DNA of 64,000 bases from a virus. Lineage: Duplodnaviria; Caudoviricetes. The stretch spans positions 32,001 to 96,000 of the IMG/VR virus record IMGVR_UViG_3300033076_001354, one strand, 5' to 3'. The notes under the pieces were generated by a model. The model was not told the DNA's origin and ran no database searches. It saw nothing but the letters and a program-made list of their open reading frames with translations. The stretch's first letter is position 1; each line of letters opens with the position of its first letter. Positions 1-7,889 of the stretch are shown here, piece after piece. The position numbers and the translations under genes are program-made.

Positions 1-2
1 GC

Positions 3-938
3 TCAGAGATCATCCTTCGTCCAAACCAGTTCTGCAACCTAACCGAAGTCGTGGTTCGCTCGACCGACGATGCCAAGAGTCTCGCTCGTAAAGTCAGGCT
101 CGCGGCTCGACTCGGCACAATCCAATCGACGTTGACGAAGTTCCCGTACCTCCGCAAGTCGTGGGCCACCAACACCGAGGAAGAGCGTTTGCTCGGTGTA
201 TCGCTAACTGGCATCATGGACAGCACACTCATGAATGGTCGTCAGGGTGAAGACAAGCTCGTGGCCACCCTCGGTTCACTCCGTGAAGCTGCGGTTGAAG
301 CGAACAAGGAGCTATCTGCACTCATTGGAATCCAGCAGTCGACCGCAGTGACATGCGTCAAGCCGTCGGGCACCGTGTCTCAGCTCGTCGACTCCGCTTC
401 AGGCATCCATGCCCGTCACTCACAGTACTACATCCGTACGGTGCGCGGCGACAACAAAGACCCGCTGACGAAGCTCATGAAGGACATGGGATTCCCGAAT
501 GAACCCGACGTCATGAAGCCCGACTCGACCACTGTGTTCTCATTCCCACAGAAGTCGCCGGAAGGTGCGGTGACTCGTGAAGAGATGTCGGCCATCGACC
601 AGCTCAACATGTGGATGATCTATCAGGATCACTGGTGCGAGCACAAGCCGTCGGTCACCATCTCCGTGCGTGAAGACGAGTGGATGGAAGTTGGTGCTTT
701 CGTCTACGAACACTTCGATAAGATCTCCGGCATCTCATTCTTGCCGCATAGCGATCACGTCTATCGCCAAGCTCCGTACCAAGACTGTGGTAAGTCTGAC
801 TATGACATGCTCGCTTCGGTCATGCCGAAGGAGATTGACTGGTCAGAATTGTCTAAATACGAGCAAGAAGACAATACGAAGGGTTCACAGACGTTGGCCT
901 GCGCGGCAGATGGATGTGAGATCGTCGACTTAAACTAA
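3..938 (+). CDS. nrdJ: Class II (adenosylcobalamin-dependent) ribonucleotide reductase, 5'-truncated by the window
   Basis: Frame is open from position 3 (SEIILRPNQFCNLTEVVV). Motifs ERLLGVSLTG, TCVKPSGTVSQL and WCEHKPSVT; C-terminal Cys pair in LACAADGCEI. Confidence 0.92.
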   Translation, partial: SEIILRPNQFCNLTEVVVRSTDDAKSLARKVRLAARLGTIQSTLTKFPYLRKSWATNTEEERLLGVSLTGIMDSTLMNGRQGEDKLVATLGSLREAAVEANKELSALIGIQQSTAVTCVKPSGTVSQLVDSASGIHARHSQYYIRTVRGDNKDPLTKLMKDMGFPNEPDVMKPDSTTVFSFPQKSPEGAVTREEMSAIDQLNMWMIYQDHWCEHKPSVTISVREDEWMEVGAFVYEHFDKISGISFLPHSDHVYRQAPYQDCGKSDYDMLASVMPKEIDWSELSKYEQEDNTKGSQTLACAADGCEIVDLN

Positions 939-948
939 GGAAAAAAAG

Positions 949-1761
949 ATGGCTTCTTATGAAAACATGACGATCGTCCAGTATGATCGCGGAAACATGG
1001 GTGAGTTCGTTTGTCTCGCCATGCATAAAAAGATCTTTGGCGAAGACATGTTTACTGAGAAGCGGCAGAGTGACTTGGGTTGGTACTTCATGAACATAGA
1101 CGGGTCGCTCGACTGCCTGCTCTATGACTATCATCGGCCTTTTGTTGAGTCTGTAAAACTTCAGAAGATAGTGCTTGGGTCCTGCGCGTATGAATCAATT
1201 CTCGACGGAGACTTCGAAGAAGCGCGCAGGAACATGCACGCGATGATCAACTATAGAAAGATCAATCCAAATACTCCACCAGAAAAAATTGACATCGTAG
1301 AACTACCTGCCCCAGATTATTCATATGATCCAACACAGAAAGTTTTGACCAGAATCCACAACTTCGACAACATCGACATCGCGTCCGTTTTTCCTGGCGC
1401 TGAGATCATCAACATCTACTGTCCTCCTGAAAAACGTTGGATATTCAAGTTCTTATACTTATATAAGAAACATCAAGATTCAACTAGAACAATAAATGAA
1501 AGATTCAATCTTGGTATAGAAGAATTTTGGAACTTCAACTGGATAAGAAATCTCGAGCCGAAAGACGGACTAACAAACGTCAACTGCTACGAAGTCTTTC
1601 TTGGAAACTCAATCGGCTTTGGATCTGAGTACACAGCGATCTTTGGTGAGAATTTTGAAAACAACAAATCTATGCTCGATAGATATAATTTAGATTATAC
1701 GAGAAACAATGTTTCAAGTGATGAGCTTCTTTCTGTAGTTAGAAGCGTTTATGGTGAATAG
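949..1761 (+). CDS. Hypothetical protein with N-terminal Y-x-x-G-x-x-G-x-F loop (possibly sulfotransferase/P-loop-like)
   Basis: 270 aa ORF with AAGGA RBS. IVQYDRGNMGEFV resembles the start of ORF 52211. Confidence 0.55.
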   Translation: MASYENMTIVQYDRGNMGEFVCLAMHKKIFGEDMFTEKRQSDLGWYFMNIDGSLDCLLYDYHRPFVESVKLQKIVLGSCAYESILDGDFEEARRNMHAMINYRKINPNTPPEKIDIVELPAPDYSYDPTQKVLTRIHNFDNIDIASVFPGAEIINIYCPPEKRWIFKFLYLYKKHQDSTRTINERFNLGIEEFWNFNWIRNLEPKDGLTNVNCYEVFLGNSIGFGSEYTAIFGENFENNKSMLDRYNLDYTRNNVSSDELLSVVRSVYGE

Positions 1762-1781
1762 TAAATCAAAGGAACACTTCA

Positions 1782-2060
1782 ATGGACATCAACAACATCG
1801 TCACGATCCTTTCCGAGCTCATCAAGGATGAGGGAACGCGCAAAGAGATCTACACCAGAATCTTAGAAGAATCCGATGAGTATGACCTCGAAGACGTTGA
1901 GCTTGGCATCGACGACGCTTTCGATGAAGTGTATGAAGAGTACGCCGAGGAAGAAGAGGAAGACGAGTTCGAAGAAGACGAAGACTACGAGGACGACGAC
2001 GAAGACGAGTCGTCTGAGTGGGACGACTTCGACAGCTCCGATGAATCTGGGGACGAATGA
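1782..2060 (+). CDS. Highly acidic small protein
   Basis: AAGGA RBS; D/E-rich C-terminal half. Confidence 0.75.
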   Translation: MDINNIVTILSELIKDEGTRKEIYTRILEESDEYDLEDVELGIDDAFDEVYEEYAEEEEEDEFEEDEDYEDDDEDESSEWDDFDSSDESGDE

Positions 2061-2614
2061 GAGTAGTAGGCATCGACTACAGCCTGAGTTCGCCCTGCGT
2101 ATGTGTGTTCGACGGTGACGAGTTTTCTTACGACAACTGCAGGTTCTACTACCTGACGAATAATAAGAAGCACGACGTAGACAGAGATAATATACAGGGC
2201 GACCTGCACGAAGACTACCTGTCGAACGAGCAGAGGTACTTCAATATAACTGATTGGGTATTGACAAAGCTCGATGAGTGTGATACTGTATACATTGAGG
2301 GATACTCAATGGGATCTACGGGAATGGTGTTCAACATCGCTGAGAACGCCGGACTATTGAAGCACTACCTATGGAAAGAAAACCATTCTTATCACGTCGT
2401 CCCACCGACCGTGATAAAGAAGTTCGCCACCGGCAAGGGCAACGCGAACAAAGAGAGACTCCAAGAATGCTTTATAGCAGAGACTGGGGTCGACATAAAG
2501 AAGATGCTGGACATGACTGAGAAGCAGTGGAACCCATCATCCGACATCATAGACGCCTACTACATCTGTAAATATGGTTATACACAGGAGACTGAAAATG
2601 TGGAATGCAGTTAA
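2057..2614 (+). CDS. RuvC-like Holliday junction resolvase
   Basis: VVGIDYSLSSP, VYIEGYS, PTVIKKFATGKGNANK and DIIDAYYI motifs of phage RuvC. Confidence 0.85.
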   Translation: MRVVGIDYSLSSPCVCVFDGDEFSYDNCRFYYLTNNKKHDVDRDNIQGDLHEDYLSNEQRYFNITDWVLTKLDECDTVYIEGYSMGSTGMVFNIAENAGLLKHYLWKENHSYHVVPPTVIKKFATGKGNANKERLQECFIAETGVDIKKMLDMTEKQWNPSSDIIDAYYICKYGYTQETENVECS

Positions 2615-2795
2615 GAACTTCTTTGCTTTCTTCTTCTCGCCGGAAGAAATAAACAAGGTTGAGGCTAAAGTCGAAGAAGAAGTAAAGACAGTTAAGCGCA
2701 AAGTAAAAGAGAAGCTCGACGTAAACAAAGATGGAAACATCAACGTTGAAGACGTTAAAGAAGTTGTCAAGAAAGCTACGCGGAAGAAGAAGTGA
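2598..2795 (+). CDS. Small protein with EF-hand-like loop
   Basis: AGGAG RBS at 2586; loop DVNKDGNINVED. Confidence 0.65.
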   Translation: MWNAVKNFFAFFFSPEEINKVEAKVEEEVKTVKRKVKEKLDVNKDGNINVEDVKEVVKKATRKKK

Positions 2796-3004
2796 CAACC
2801 AAGAGCGGCATACAGGTATTCCTCGACGGCAACCTTCCGGTGATCGTCGGGGAGTGCCCGAATTGCAGGAACGGCGACAGGGGCTTGGTGCTCGTCGACT
2901 ACGTTCACAACCCAGTCAATGAACACAGAAGCACAGTCTACATGAAGTGTATCGCGTGCTTATCCGTGTATCAAACAAACATAGACGATGTTGCAGAGGA
3001 ATAA
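2792..3004 (+). CDS. Zinc-ribbon protein
   Basis: CPNC and CIAC pairs; GTGA overlap with the upstream stop. Confidence 0.7.
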   Translation: MTTKSGIQVFLDGNLPVIVGECPNCRNGDRGLVLVDYVHNPVNEHRSTVYMKCIACLSVYQTNIDDVAEE

Positions 3005-3007
3005 ATC

Positions 3008-3286
3008 ATGGGTAAGAAGGCGAAAAGAAAGGCGTACACATCGAGGGGTGGTCCGCCGAGTGTCAATAAAAAAACACTGAAGGCGATGCGCTCCGACAGG
3101 ACCGAAGCCGACGCGATGATCGATAAGCTTAAAGTCTGGTCGCGCGGAAAGAAAGTCATGGTGACGATTCCCAATCCAAACAAGAATGAAACCAACAAGA
3201 GGTTCATTCGCGTCGAGGGAACACACAGCGCGGCGTTCGGGCCGTGGAAGCGCGAAGAGAGAGACAAGAGACCGACAAATGATTGA
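3008..3286 (+). CDS. Basic hypothetical protein
   Basis: GAGGA RBS; VTIPNPNKNETNKRFIRV motif recalled from T4-like phage proteins. Confidence 0.7.
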   Translation: MGKKAKRKAYTSRGGPPSVNKKTLKAMRSDRTEADAMIDKLKVWSRGKKVMVTIPNPNKNETNKRFIRVEGTHSAAFGPWKREERDKRPTND

Positions 3287-3527
3287 CGTCTACGGAAGGG
3301 AGGGCTGCAGCTACTGCACCCTCGCACAGAAGCTTCTCGAAGAGAGAAAGATCCCATACAACTACATCCAGCTCGGCGTTGACATAACGGTGCCGGAGTT
3401 TCAAGAGAAGTTTCCTGGTCAGAAGACCGTGCCGGTAGTAGTAGCACATGGAATGAAGGTCGGTGGATACACGGATTTAGTTGGTTACCTTGAAGAAACA
3501 AGCGGTGGATACGCAGATGACATCTAA
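3279..3527 (+). CDS. nrdC: Glutaredoxin
   Basis: MIDVYGREGCSYC (CxxC), TVP and GGYTDL. Confidence 0.9.
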   Translation: MIDVYGREGCSYCTLAQKLLEERKIPYNYIQLGVDITVPEFQEKFPGQKTVPVVVAHGMKVGGYTDLVGYLEETSGGYADDI

Positions 3528-3768
3528 GCAAGAGATTATGCAGGCTCTCAACGAGCGCGTGGTGACGGTAAAGTTTAAGAAGGTAAACGGTGAGGAGAGA
3601 GTCATGAAGTGCACGCTCCTCAGCTCAATCGTTCCTCAGATACACAATACACAGGACAGGATTGAGAAAGAACGCAAGGAGAACCCCGACGTAGTGGCGG
3701 CTTGGGACGTAGAGAAGAACGGCTGGCGATCTTTCAGGGTCGACTCGATTTTAGAAATAAATAAATAA
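3517..3768 (+). CDS. SH3/WYL-like beta-barrel protein
   Basis: VKFKKVNGEERVMKCT ... WDVEKNGWRSFRVDSI. Confidence 0.75.
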   Translation: MTSKQEIMQALNERVVTVKFKKVNGEERVMKCTLLSSIVPQIHNTQDRIEKERKENPDVVAAWDVEKNGWRSFRVDSILEINK

Positions 3769-3872
3769 TCTGTAATGGAATTGACAGTCGCGTAGCACTG
3801 TATGTCAATATATTGACAATAGAAAAAAAACTTTTTTTGATATATAAAACAAGAACAAAAAAAGAGAGTGCG

Positions 3873-4208
3873 ATGCCCGACTTCATTTCAACGCCCCTGA
3901 TGGCGAAACTATTATCAGGTCTCGGTGGTCTAATTGGTGGAGCAGCTTTCATGGCTTTCTACAGACCGAGAAATGTATGGGACGCGGCCATACGCTCCGG
4001 ATTAAGCGTGACATCGGCCATTGTTTTTTCTCCTCTGATCATCGATCACTTTCAAATCACAAACACCATGGATAACCAAGTCGCCCTGTCAGTGGGCCTT
4101 GGCTTCGCTTCTTGGAGCGTGCTCTCGCTGGTGGCTAGATTCTTGATCAAGATCCAAGACGAGAAAGTCAACATAAAGCTTCCCAGCATTCTCGAACAAA
4201 CAAAGTAG
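3873..4208 (+). CDS. Membrane protein, holin-like (about 3 TM helices)
   Basis: Three hydrophobic segments and a charged C-terminus. Confidence 0.55.
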   Translation: MPDFISTPLMAKLLSGLGGLIGGAAFMAFYRPRNVWDAAIRSGLSVTSAIVFSPLIIDHFQITNTMDNQVALSVGLGFASWSVLSLVARFLIKIQDEKVNIKLPSILEQTK

Positions 4209-4226
4209 CAAATACAGGATTTTATT

Positions 4227-5159
4227 ATGAAAGAAGTGAATGAGTTAAACGTGAACGCTAGGGGTGGTACGGAGCTCATGCAGGAACGCCTGCATGGCAC
4301 TTTGTCGGCTGAGCTCCTCAGCAAGTTTCAGATCATCCCTTCACGTGTTCGTGAGATCGATCCAGACAAGAAAGCCATCCTCTGGCTTCACGACCTACCC
4401 AACGATCCTGAGTCCCAGCACCTCAAAGACCCTGAGTCAAGGAAGCGATTCTCAAAGATCGTCGCGGTATCCAACTGGCAGATGCAGTTGTACAACCTGA
4501 TCCTAGGCGTTCCATACAGCGAGTGCACCGTCATCAGGAACGGCATCACACCGATAGACATCGAGGAGAAAGAATTCGATGGCACTGTGCGGCTCATCTA
4601 TCACACCACACCTCACCGAGGACTTGAGATCCTCGTTCCAGTTTTTGAGAAGCTGTGCGAAATCCATGACAACATCGTACTGGACGTGTTCTCAAGCTTT
4701 AGCATATACGGCTGGAGCCAGCGTGATGCTCCCTATGAACACCTTTTTGAACGCTGTAGAAATCACCCAAAGATTAACTACCATGGAGCCGTCTCTAATG
4801 AACGCATTAGAGAGGAGCTCAAGCGATCTCACATCTTCGCTTATCCAAGCATTTGGCCCGAAACATCCTGTCTCGCAGCTATTGAGGCGATGAGCGCGAA
4901 GAACTTGGTGGTCTGCCCGAACTACGCGGCCCTGCCTGAGACGACCGCCGCGATCTCACCCATGTACCAATGGAACGAGAATCCGAACGACCACGCGCAG
5001 ATGTTCTTCAACGTGCTCGACAATACCATCAACAACATAAAACAAAACGGCCCAGACGAGAACCGTCTGGGCTTTCAGAAAGCTTATGTAGACAGCACGT
5101 TCAACTGGGAACACAATGTCTCGAAGCAGTGGGAGCACATGCTCAGGCAGCTTGCCTGA
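4227..5159 (+). CDS. GT-B (GT4-like) glycosyltransferase
   Basis: ARGGTE, LWLHD, TTPHRGL and YPSIWPETSCLAAIEAMSA. Confidence 0.9.
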   Translation: MKEVNELNVNARGGTELMQERLHGTLSAELLSKFQIIPSRVREIDPDKKAILWLHDLPNDPESQHLKDPESRKRFSKIVAVSNWQMQLYNLILGVPYSECTVIRNGITPIDIEEKEFDGTVRLIYHTTPHRGLEILVPVFEKLCEIHDNIVLDVFSSFSIYGWSQRDAPYEHLFERCRNHPKINYHGAVSNERIREELKRSHIFAYPSIWPETSCLAAIEAMSAKNLVVCPNYAALPETTAAISPMYQWNENPNDHAQMFFNVLDNTINNIKQNGPDENRLGFQKAYVDSTFNWEHNVSKQWEHMLRQLA

Positions 5160-5304
5160 GCCACTCCTTGTGGTACTTAACCAGTGTGTCGACCACTTTA
5201 GGCTCAAGCGGACCGTTGCTCACGAGCCCCTCGACGTAGAGGTCGAGCTCTAGACTACGAGAATCACAGAACTCGACCACCAGCGACCCGAGCCTCTCGG
5301 GGAT

Positions 5305-5787
5305 TTAGCCTACCAAGTTAGCGGCGCGCTTAGCGGCAACCGACTTGATGACTTCGAGGTTCTTAGCCTTGATCGCCTGAATGCGGGCAGCTGCCGCCTT
5401 GACGTCGGCAGAAGCTTGAACCTTACGCTCAGCCTTGGGCTTAGCGACCTTGTCGGCCTTAGCCTTAGCCATCGGGGCGACCGAAGTCACTGCACCGAAG
5501 ACGCGACGGAAGTCAGCAGGCGAAGCTTCGAAGACGGTGTACGACTTGTTGCGCTTAGCGAGCTGGAGGCTGAGCTTGTCAAAGATCGCGGACACGATAG
5601 CCTCGTGCATTTTAGCCGAAGCGCCTGAGCCCACGATAACGCGGCCAGACTTGTAGTTGAACTCGATCTTGCCCCAGTTCTGGGTCTTGATGAAGAGGAC
5701 TGAGTTGCCCTGCTTCTGGATGTCACCGAGGTCCGAGTTGGACTTGATGAAAGCTGCTGTATCGAACGTCACTTTTGAATTAGCCAT
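5305..5787 (-). CDS. Hypothetical protein with Lys/Ala-rich C-terminus
   Basis: AAGGAG RBS; strong sigma70-type promoter upstream. Confidence 0.8.
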   Translation of the reverse strand: MANSKVTFDTAAFIKSNSDLGDIQKQGNSVLFIKTQNWGKIEFNYKSGRVIVGSGASAKMHEAIVSAIFDKLSLQLAKRNKSYTVFEASPADFRRVFGAVTSVAPMAKAKADKVAKPKAERKVQASADVKAAAARIQAIKAKNLEVIKSVAAKRAANLVG

Positions 5788-5817
5788 GATAAACTCCTTT
5801 GATTGGCTTACTTTTAG

Positions 5818-5846
5818 ATACTATAACAACCAGAAAAAATTGTCAA
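5818..5846 (-). promoter_or_regulatory. Early sigma70-type promoter
   Basis: TTGACA-N17-TAGTAT on the minus strand. Confidence 0.75.
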
Positions 5847-6061
5847 CCGTTTTTTTCTAGTAATTTTAAGATATGCTGGAACTCCTGAATCGTCTCACGA
5901 TAGATGGAGGCCTGCACTTGGTCCACATCGACCCGTCCTGAGCCTACCCCAGGATACTGTTCGATGATGCTTTCGAGAGCGTTGACCCGCTCCTTATAGA
6001 TCCCGATCCGGTCCATCAGGAACAGTTTCGGGTCGTTTCTTATAAAGTCCGTAGGTGTCAT
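5843..6061 (-). CDS. Small early hypothetical protein
   Basis: 72 aa ORF downstream of promoter copy A. Confidence 0.7.
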   Translation of the reverse strand: MTPTDFIRNDPKLFLMDRIGIYKERVNALESIIEQYPGVGSGRVDVDQVQASIYRETIQEFQHILKLLEKNG

Positions 6062-6073
6062 ATTTCTGTTTCC

Positions 6074-6119
6074 ATTGCCATTATCTAGATCTTATACCGG
6101 TCTGGAGAAAATGTCAACC
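6074..6119 (-). promoter_or_regulatory. Repeated early promoter cassette, copy A
   Basis: GGTTGACATTT-N12-TATAAGATCTAGATAATGGCAAT. Confidence 0.85.
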
Positions 6120-6147
6120 AGAAAGTGCACTTTTTTCAAAAAAAAAA

Positions 6148-6249
6148 TTAGTCAATAGAATCAATGGGTTATGCCGTGGCCGGAAAAAACCCTTATATTT
6201 CAATGGGTTAGCCCGAAGCCCAGAAAAACCCTTATATCTCAATGGCTTA
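6148..6249. repeat. Three direct repeats with 39-bp period (core TCAATGG[G/C]TTA)
   Basis: Cores end at 6171, 6210 and 6249; copies 2 and 3 share AAACCCTTATAT. Confidence 0.8.
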
Positions 6250-6277
6250 ATTTTTTTTCAAAAAAATGCATTTTTCT

Positions 6278-6323
6278 GGTTGACATTTCCCTAGAACTGT
6301 TATAAGATCTAGATAATGGCAAT
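6278..6323 (+). promoter_or_regulatory. Repeated early promoter cassette, copy B
   Basis: Same cassette; TTGACA 6280-6285, TAAGAT 6303-6308 (17 bp spacer). Confidence 0.85.
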
Positions 6324-6336
6324 AGGGAATAAAGAC

Positions 6337-6534
6337 ATGAACGAATACGTATCGAGCTTCGTAGAAGCAATCCTTGAGAACGACACTAATCAAGAACTCA
6401 ACGCCGTGGTGGTCGCCACGATCGTAGAAAAGCACCACGTAGGCAACGGGTACTTCTCGTTTGACGGGATCCTTGACGACCTTACGGACATCTTGGGCTA
6501 CGAGCCTGCAAGTGAAATTCTTGGAAATTGCTAA
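6337..6534 (+). CDS. Small early hypothetical protein (alternative in-frame start 6316)
   Basis: ORF directly behind cassette B. Confidence 0.7.
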   Translation: MNEYVSSFVEAILENDTNQELNAVVVATIVEKHHVGNGYFSFDGILDDLTDILGYEPASEILGNC

Positions 6535-6541
6535 AAATAAC

Positions 6542-6587
6542 GGTTGACATTTCTTTCAAAATAATATAAGATCTAGATAATGGCAAT
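6542..6587 (+). promoter_or_regulatory. Repeated early promoter cassette, copy C
   Basis: Same cassette; TTGACA 6544-6549. Confidence 0.85.
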
Positions 6588-6600
6588 AGGAAATCAGACA

Positions 6601-6840
6601 ATGACAGATCAAGAATTTCAAATGTTCGGGATGTCTAAGGGGCAGATCGAGCAGGAGTACATCAAGAGCTTCACCACGATGATGTCCGGCATCGAGATGA
6701 CAGTCATCTCCATCCTGTCGGACGCTCAGCACCTCATGGAATTCGGTCAGAACGATCGCGCCCGTAAGCTCATGAACGTCGCGAAGTACATCCTCTCCGA
6801 GCAACTTGACGCGAAACTCGCAGCAAAGAAGGCAGCTTAA
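6601..6840 (+). CDS. Small early hypothetical protein (alternative in-frame start 6580)
   Basis: ORF behind cassette C. Confidence 0.75.
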   Translation: MTDQEFQMFGMSKGQIEQEYIKSFTTMMSGIEMTVISILSDAQHLMEFGQNDRARKLMNVAKYILSEQLDAKLAAKKAA

Positions 6841-6841
6841 T

Positions 6842-7042
6842 ATGACGAACTTAGAATTAGCAAACTCTATGCAACATAAACTCTTCGCCGATCGCGAAAC
6901 GGTCAAGGAAGCTTGGGACTACGCATTTGAGACCATGGGACGTCTCCCTCATCGCGATCAGCCCGCGGCCATTACCGCACTTATGGTTCTTATGAATACG
7001 ATCTCAAAACAAATCATTGAAAATGAAAAGAAAGCTAACTAA
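6842..7042 (+). CDS. Hypothetical protein
   Basis: Tightly packed ORF in the early operon. Confidence 0.7.
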   Translation: MTNLELANSMQHKLFADRETVKEAWDYAFETMGRLPHRDQPAAITALMVLMNTISKQIIENEKKAN

Positions 7043-7043
7043 T

Positions 7044-7181
7044 ATGAATACGTACACCTTCACGAGCAAGAGTCGCAGCTACATCAGCAAGCGTCTCGAC
7101 TCACTCTGTGCCAGCGGCTGGAAAGTCAAGTCTCAGCACGCTCACCCAGACGGTGGCATCACGACGACTCTAGTGAGGTAA
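7044..7181 (+). CDS. Hypothetical 45-aa protein (not in ORF track)
   Basis: MNTYTFTSKSRSYISKRLDSLCASGWKVKSQHAHPDGGITTTLVR fills the gap exactly. Confidence 0.6.
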   Translation: MNTYTFTSKSRSYISKRLDSLCASGWKVKSQHAHPDGGITTTLVR

Positions 7182-7183
7182 CC

Positions 7184-7423
7184 ATGCAGCTCAGCTACGA
7201 ACTGACACTAAAGAACGGTAAGAAGGTAGGCGTCTGGGACGAGCGCACCAGCGGAGGCATCATCGACAAGTACGTCGGCCCGTTCGCGGATACTGTAGAA
7301 GCCAACAACTACGCCAACGACTTCACGGAAGCGTACCGTATGGGCTACAACGGACGAGCCCGTCTCACGATCATGGAAGATGCAATCTACGTTGCATGCA
7401 CCCGCTGGACATCTTGCGACTAA
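7184..7423 (+). CDS. Hypothetical protein
   Basis: GAGG RBS; operon packing. Confidence 0.7.
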   Translation: MQLSYELTLKNGKKVGVWDERTSGGIIDKYVGPFADTVEANNYANDFTEAYRMGYNGRARLTIMEDAIYVACTRWTSCD

Positions 7424-7433
7424 GGAGAAAGTC

Positions 7434-7652
7434 ATGAAAGTTATGAATATGAACGTCGAACTGAAGATGTCACCGGCTATCGAGAAGATGCACGCACATC
7501 TCCTGTATGCTTACGACGACTACTACGAGCTCGAGCTCAACGACAGGATCTATGAGCTTCTGGTCTCAAACATCGGAGACATCGTTCGCCAGCTCGATCG
7601 AGACTTCAGACAGGGCATCCTCGATCCGGATCAGTATCCGATCGAGGGTTGA
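7434..7652 (+). CDS. Hypothetical protein
   Basis: TAAGGAG RBS. Confidence 0.7.
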   Translation: MKVMNMNVELKMSPAIEKMHAHLLYAYDDYYELELNDRIYELLVSNIGDIVRQLDRDFRQGILDPDQYPIEG

Positions 7653-7677
7653 CAAATAAATCAAACCATGGTAGTAT
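7649..7677 (+). promoter_or_regulatory. Sigma70-type promoter
   Basis: TTGACA-N17-TAGTAT with a TG extension. Confidence 0.7.
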
Positions 7678-7682
7678 CAACT

Positions 7683-7889
7683 ATGAAGATCAGGTTAGAA
7701 TATCTCCCGCCGCTTAGAGACACCTACGGCTCATTCGATGATCGCGACTGGGAAGTCACGGCAGCCGTCTCATACTACGGCAGGCTGGACGACGACGTCA
7801 TCCCATCGTCTTCGTTCCAGATCTATTGGCCCCTGAACCCTTGGGATGAACTTGAAAAAGTGGAAAAGAAATGGCTAAGTCGCTCCTAA
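7683..7889 (+). CDS. Hypothetical protein
   Basis: ORF immediately after the promoter. Confidence 0.55.
   Translation: MKIRLEYLPPLRDTYGSFDDRDWEVTAAVSYYGRLDDDVIPSSSFQIYWPLNPWDELEKVEKKWLSRS

Noticed and set aside
6148-6249. CRISPR-like mini-array
   Set aside because: Only three degenerate repeats with about 15-bp spacers; no cas genes in the window.
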